Notes under the pieces: model-generated
Told to the model about the DNA's origin: nothing
Databases searched by the model: none
What the model saw: only the letters and a program-made list of their open reading frames with translations
Made by a program: the position numbers and the translations under genes
In this document: positions 62,292-64,000 of the stretch, piece by piece
Layout of the letters: every line of letters begins with the position of its first letter
Numbering within the stretch: position 1 is the first letter of the stretch
Origin: Geosiphon pyriformis uo1
Taxonomy: Eukaryota; Fungi; Glomeromycota
Assembly: GCA_016748015.1 (NCBI GenBank)
Contig: JAAOMT010000372.1
Location: forward strand, 124,001-188,000
Direction: 5' to 3'
DNA: 64,000 bases

Positions 62292-64000
62292 TGTTACGGT
62301 TGAAACTTATACTTCTTATTAATTATCACATGTATTAGCCACTGATGTCACATAAATTAGCCACTCTATTTTTAGAAAGTGATCATTGACCTGATCAATG
62401 ACCTGACTGTTGACCTGATCATTGACCACTTTTGATAACTATATAAGCAATGAATCTCTTAGCTGTAGAAAAATATGAAGAAATCAAAAGAAATAAATAA
62501 ATAAAATAACAACTTTCATGTCAATCATTTTCTTATTGCTAAATTCTCTTTCCCTACTTTTAAGTATCTGAACATCTTAAAGATAAAAGATTACTTGTTG
62601 GTTATTTTTTACCCTTTTTCTAAACCATGTAATTGCAGCATTTAAAGATTATTGAATAAAACATGACTGAAGAGTACATCTGATATCTGATATTGAATTC
62701 TAAGAGTGCCAATGTAAGGCATAGAATTGTACCAGGCATGATCATTTGTTGACAGTATGGACTATCCTTCTACTTTCAGATTCCCTGGTTATCTTTGAAA
62801 AGTATAGTGACTGAGATATTTTATGAGACTGATCTCACACATTAAATCCATACTTATTCAATTCGATCTTTGAAGTTGAATTCTCTTTGATTCCTTTCAT
62901 CACCCTACAATCTTGTTCTCTCTTGCTATCCATTAGTTTGTTACTCCAACCCATAAGATAAAAGTGGTGCTCCCTGTGAAGTTGTCAAAATTCACTTTGT
63001 TTTCTATTGTATGGGTGATTATTCATATCTGCCACAACAATCAGAAGAACACTTTGAAGCACACAACAAAAATGATCTAGACTTTATTAAACTCAATCTT
63101 TTGCCCTCCTGCTTGATTTGCTTTCCCATTGAAGATCAATCCAGTAGACAATTCCAAAATTTTTGGAACTGGTTCCTGAATGAGCATTCAGCTGAAACCT
63201 ACACAGCCTATACAACTTATTACTTTGATCAAGCTTATTTTGAAGACAACTTTGAAGAAAGAAATAACAGCATCAATCAACTTTTATACTCCACAACCTT
63301 TAAATAACAGCCCCCTGATTCTGAATATCTGAATCATCAAATCCACATCTGGATTGCTGCTCATCAATCAACTGAAACTCCTCTTGAAAAAGAAGAAGAA
63401 AGCTATTAAACTGCTCCTGTTTTTGATCTCTTTTCAAGTGAATCAGAACACTCTACACAAACAGTTACATTTAAACCAATGGCTCAAGACCCTCTGCAAC
63501 AAAACATTCTGATCGCCCTCCAAGGTATACAGACTGCTTTAGGGTAAAGAAACAACACTCTATTACCATTATTCAGAAGTGATGCCCAAGATCCAATTGA
63601 ATGGCTGGATGATTTTGAGAAAGCTGCCACAGCAAACCAATATGATAACAAATACAAGTTCCAAATTGTTGGTGGCTACCTCCAAGGCTCTCCTGCTACT
63701 TGGTTCTCACAAGAAACCAATGCCAATGCTCAACAAAGAATTATTAGATGGGCACCAACAAATGCTGGAGAAGACAACACCTCTTTCACTACCCAGTTTG
63801 AAACAAAATTCAGAACCCTAATATTAATATCCAAATGGTGCATAGAACTGGAAAGAAGAACCCAAGACCTTGGAGAAGTAGTGACTGAATATGCCAAAAC
63901 TATCAGAAAGCTAATCAAACGTGTAGATTCTGGGAGAAACTAGACAAAAGAGCAAAAGATTTACTCCTTTACAAAAGAATTGAGAACTGTCTATCATATG
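62292..64000 (+). mobile_element. Gypsy family B copy B6, 5' part (LTR 62292-62958, PBS 62965-62981, gag from 63011)
   Basis: Matches sister copies; left flank GTAG; runs off the window end. Confidence 0.95.

Overview
AT-rich eukaryotic DNA, very likely fungal; the repeat families and short introns suggest Glomeromycotina (inference). One intact host gene, NOC2 (22916-26168, +, about 15 exons), sits among nested, C-to-T/G-to-A-mutated retrotransposons. Three Ty3/Gypsy LTR families are present. Family A (1-6141, -) has a dUTPase and a long Cys-rich insert between protease and RT. Family C (6770-8805, +) is a 3' fragment. Family B has six internal-domain copies (B1-B6), a solo LTR and an LTR fragment. 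There are also LINEs (APE-RT-RNase H-Zn knuckle type, and an RRM/CCHC-ORF1 type) and three stacked LINE tails. The most unusual signal is the family B genome plan: gag, a -1 frameshift, PR-RT-RNase H ending in a stop, a fixed 65-nt spacer, a separately encoded integrase, then an extra ~218-aa ORF running through the PPT into the 3' LTR, with a probable distant homolog in family C. Family B also has an internal PPT duplicate, 4-bp nTAn target duplications, a 12-bp LTR repeat of variable copy number, and a sublineage that apparently kept transposing with a frameshifted integrase. All calls are from reading the sequence by eye; no database searches were run.
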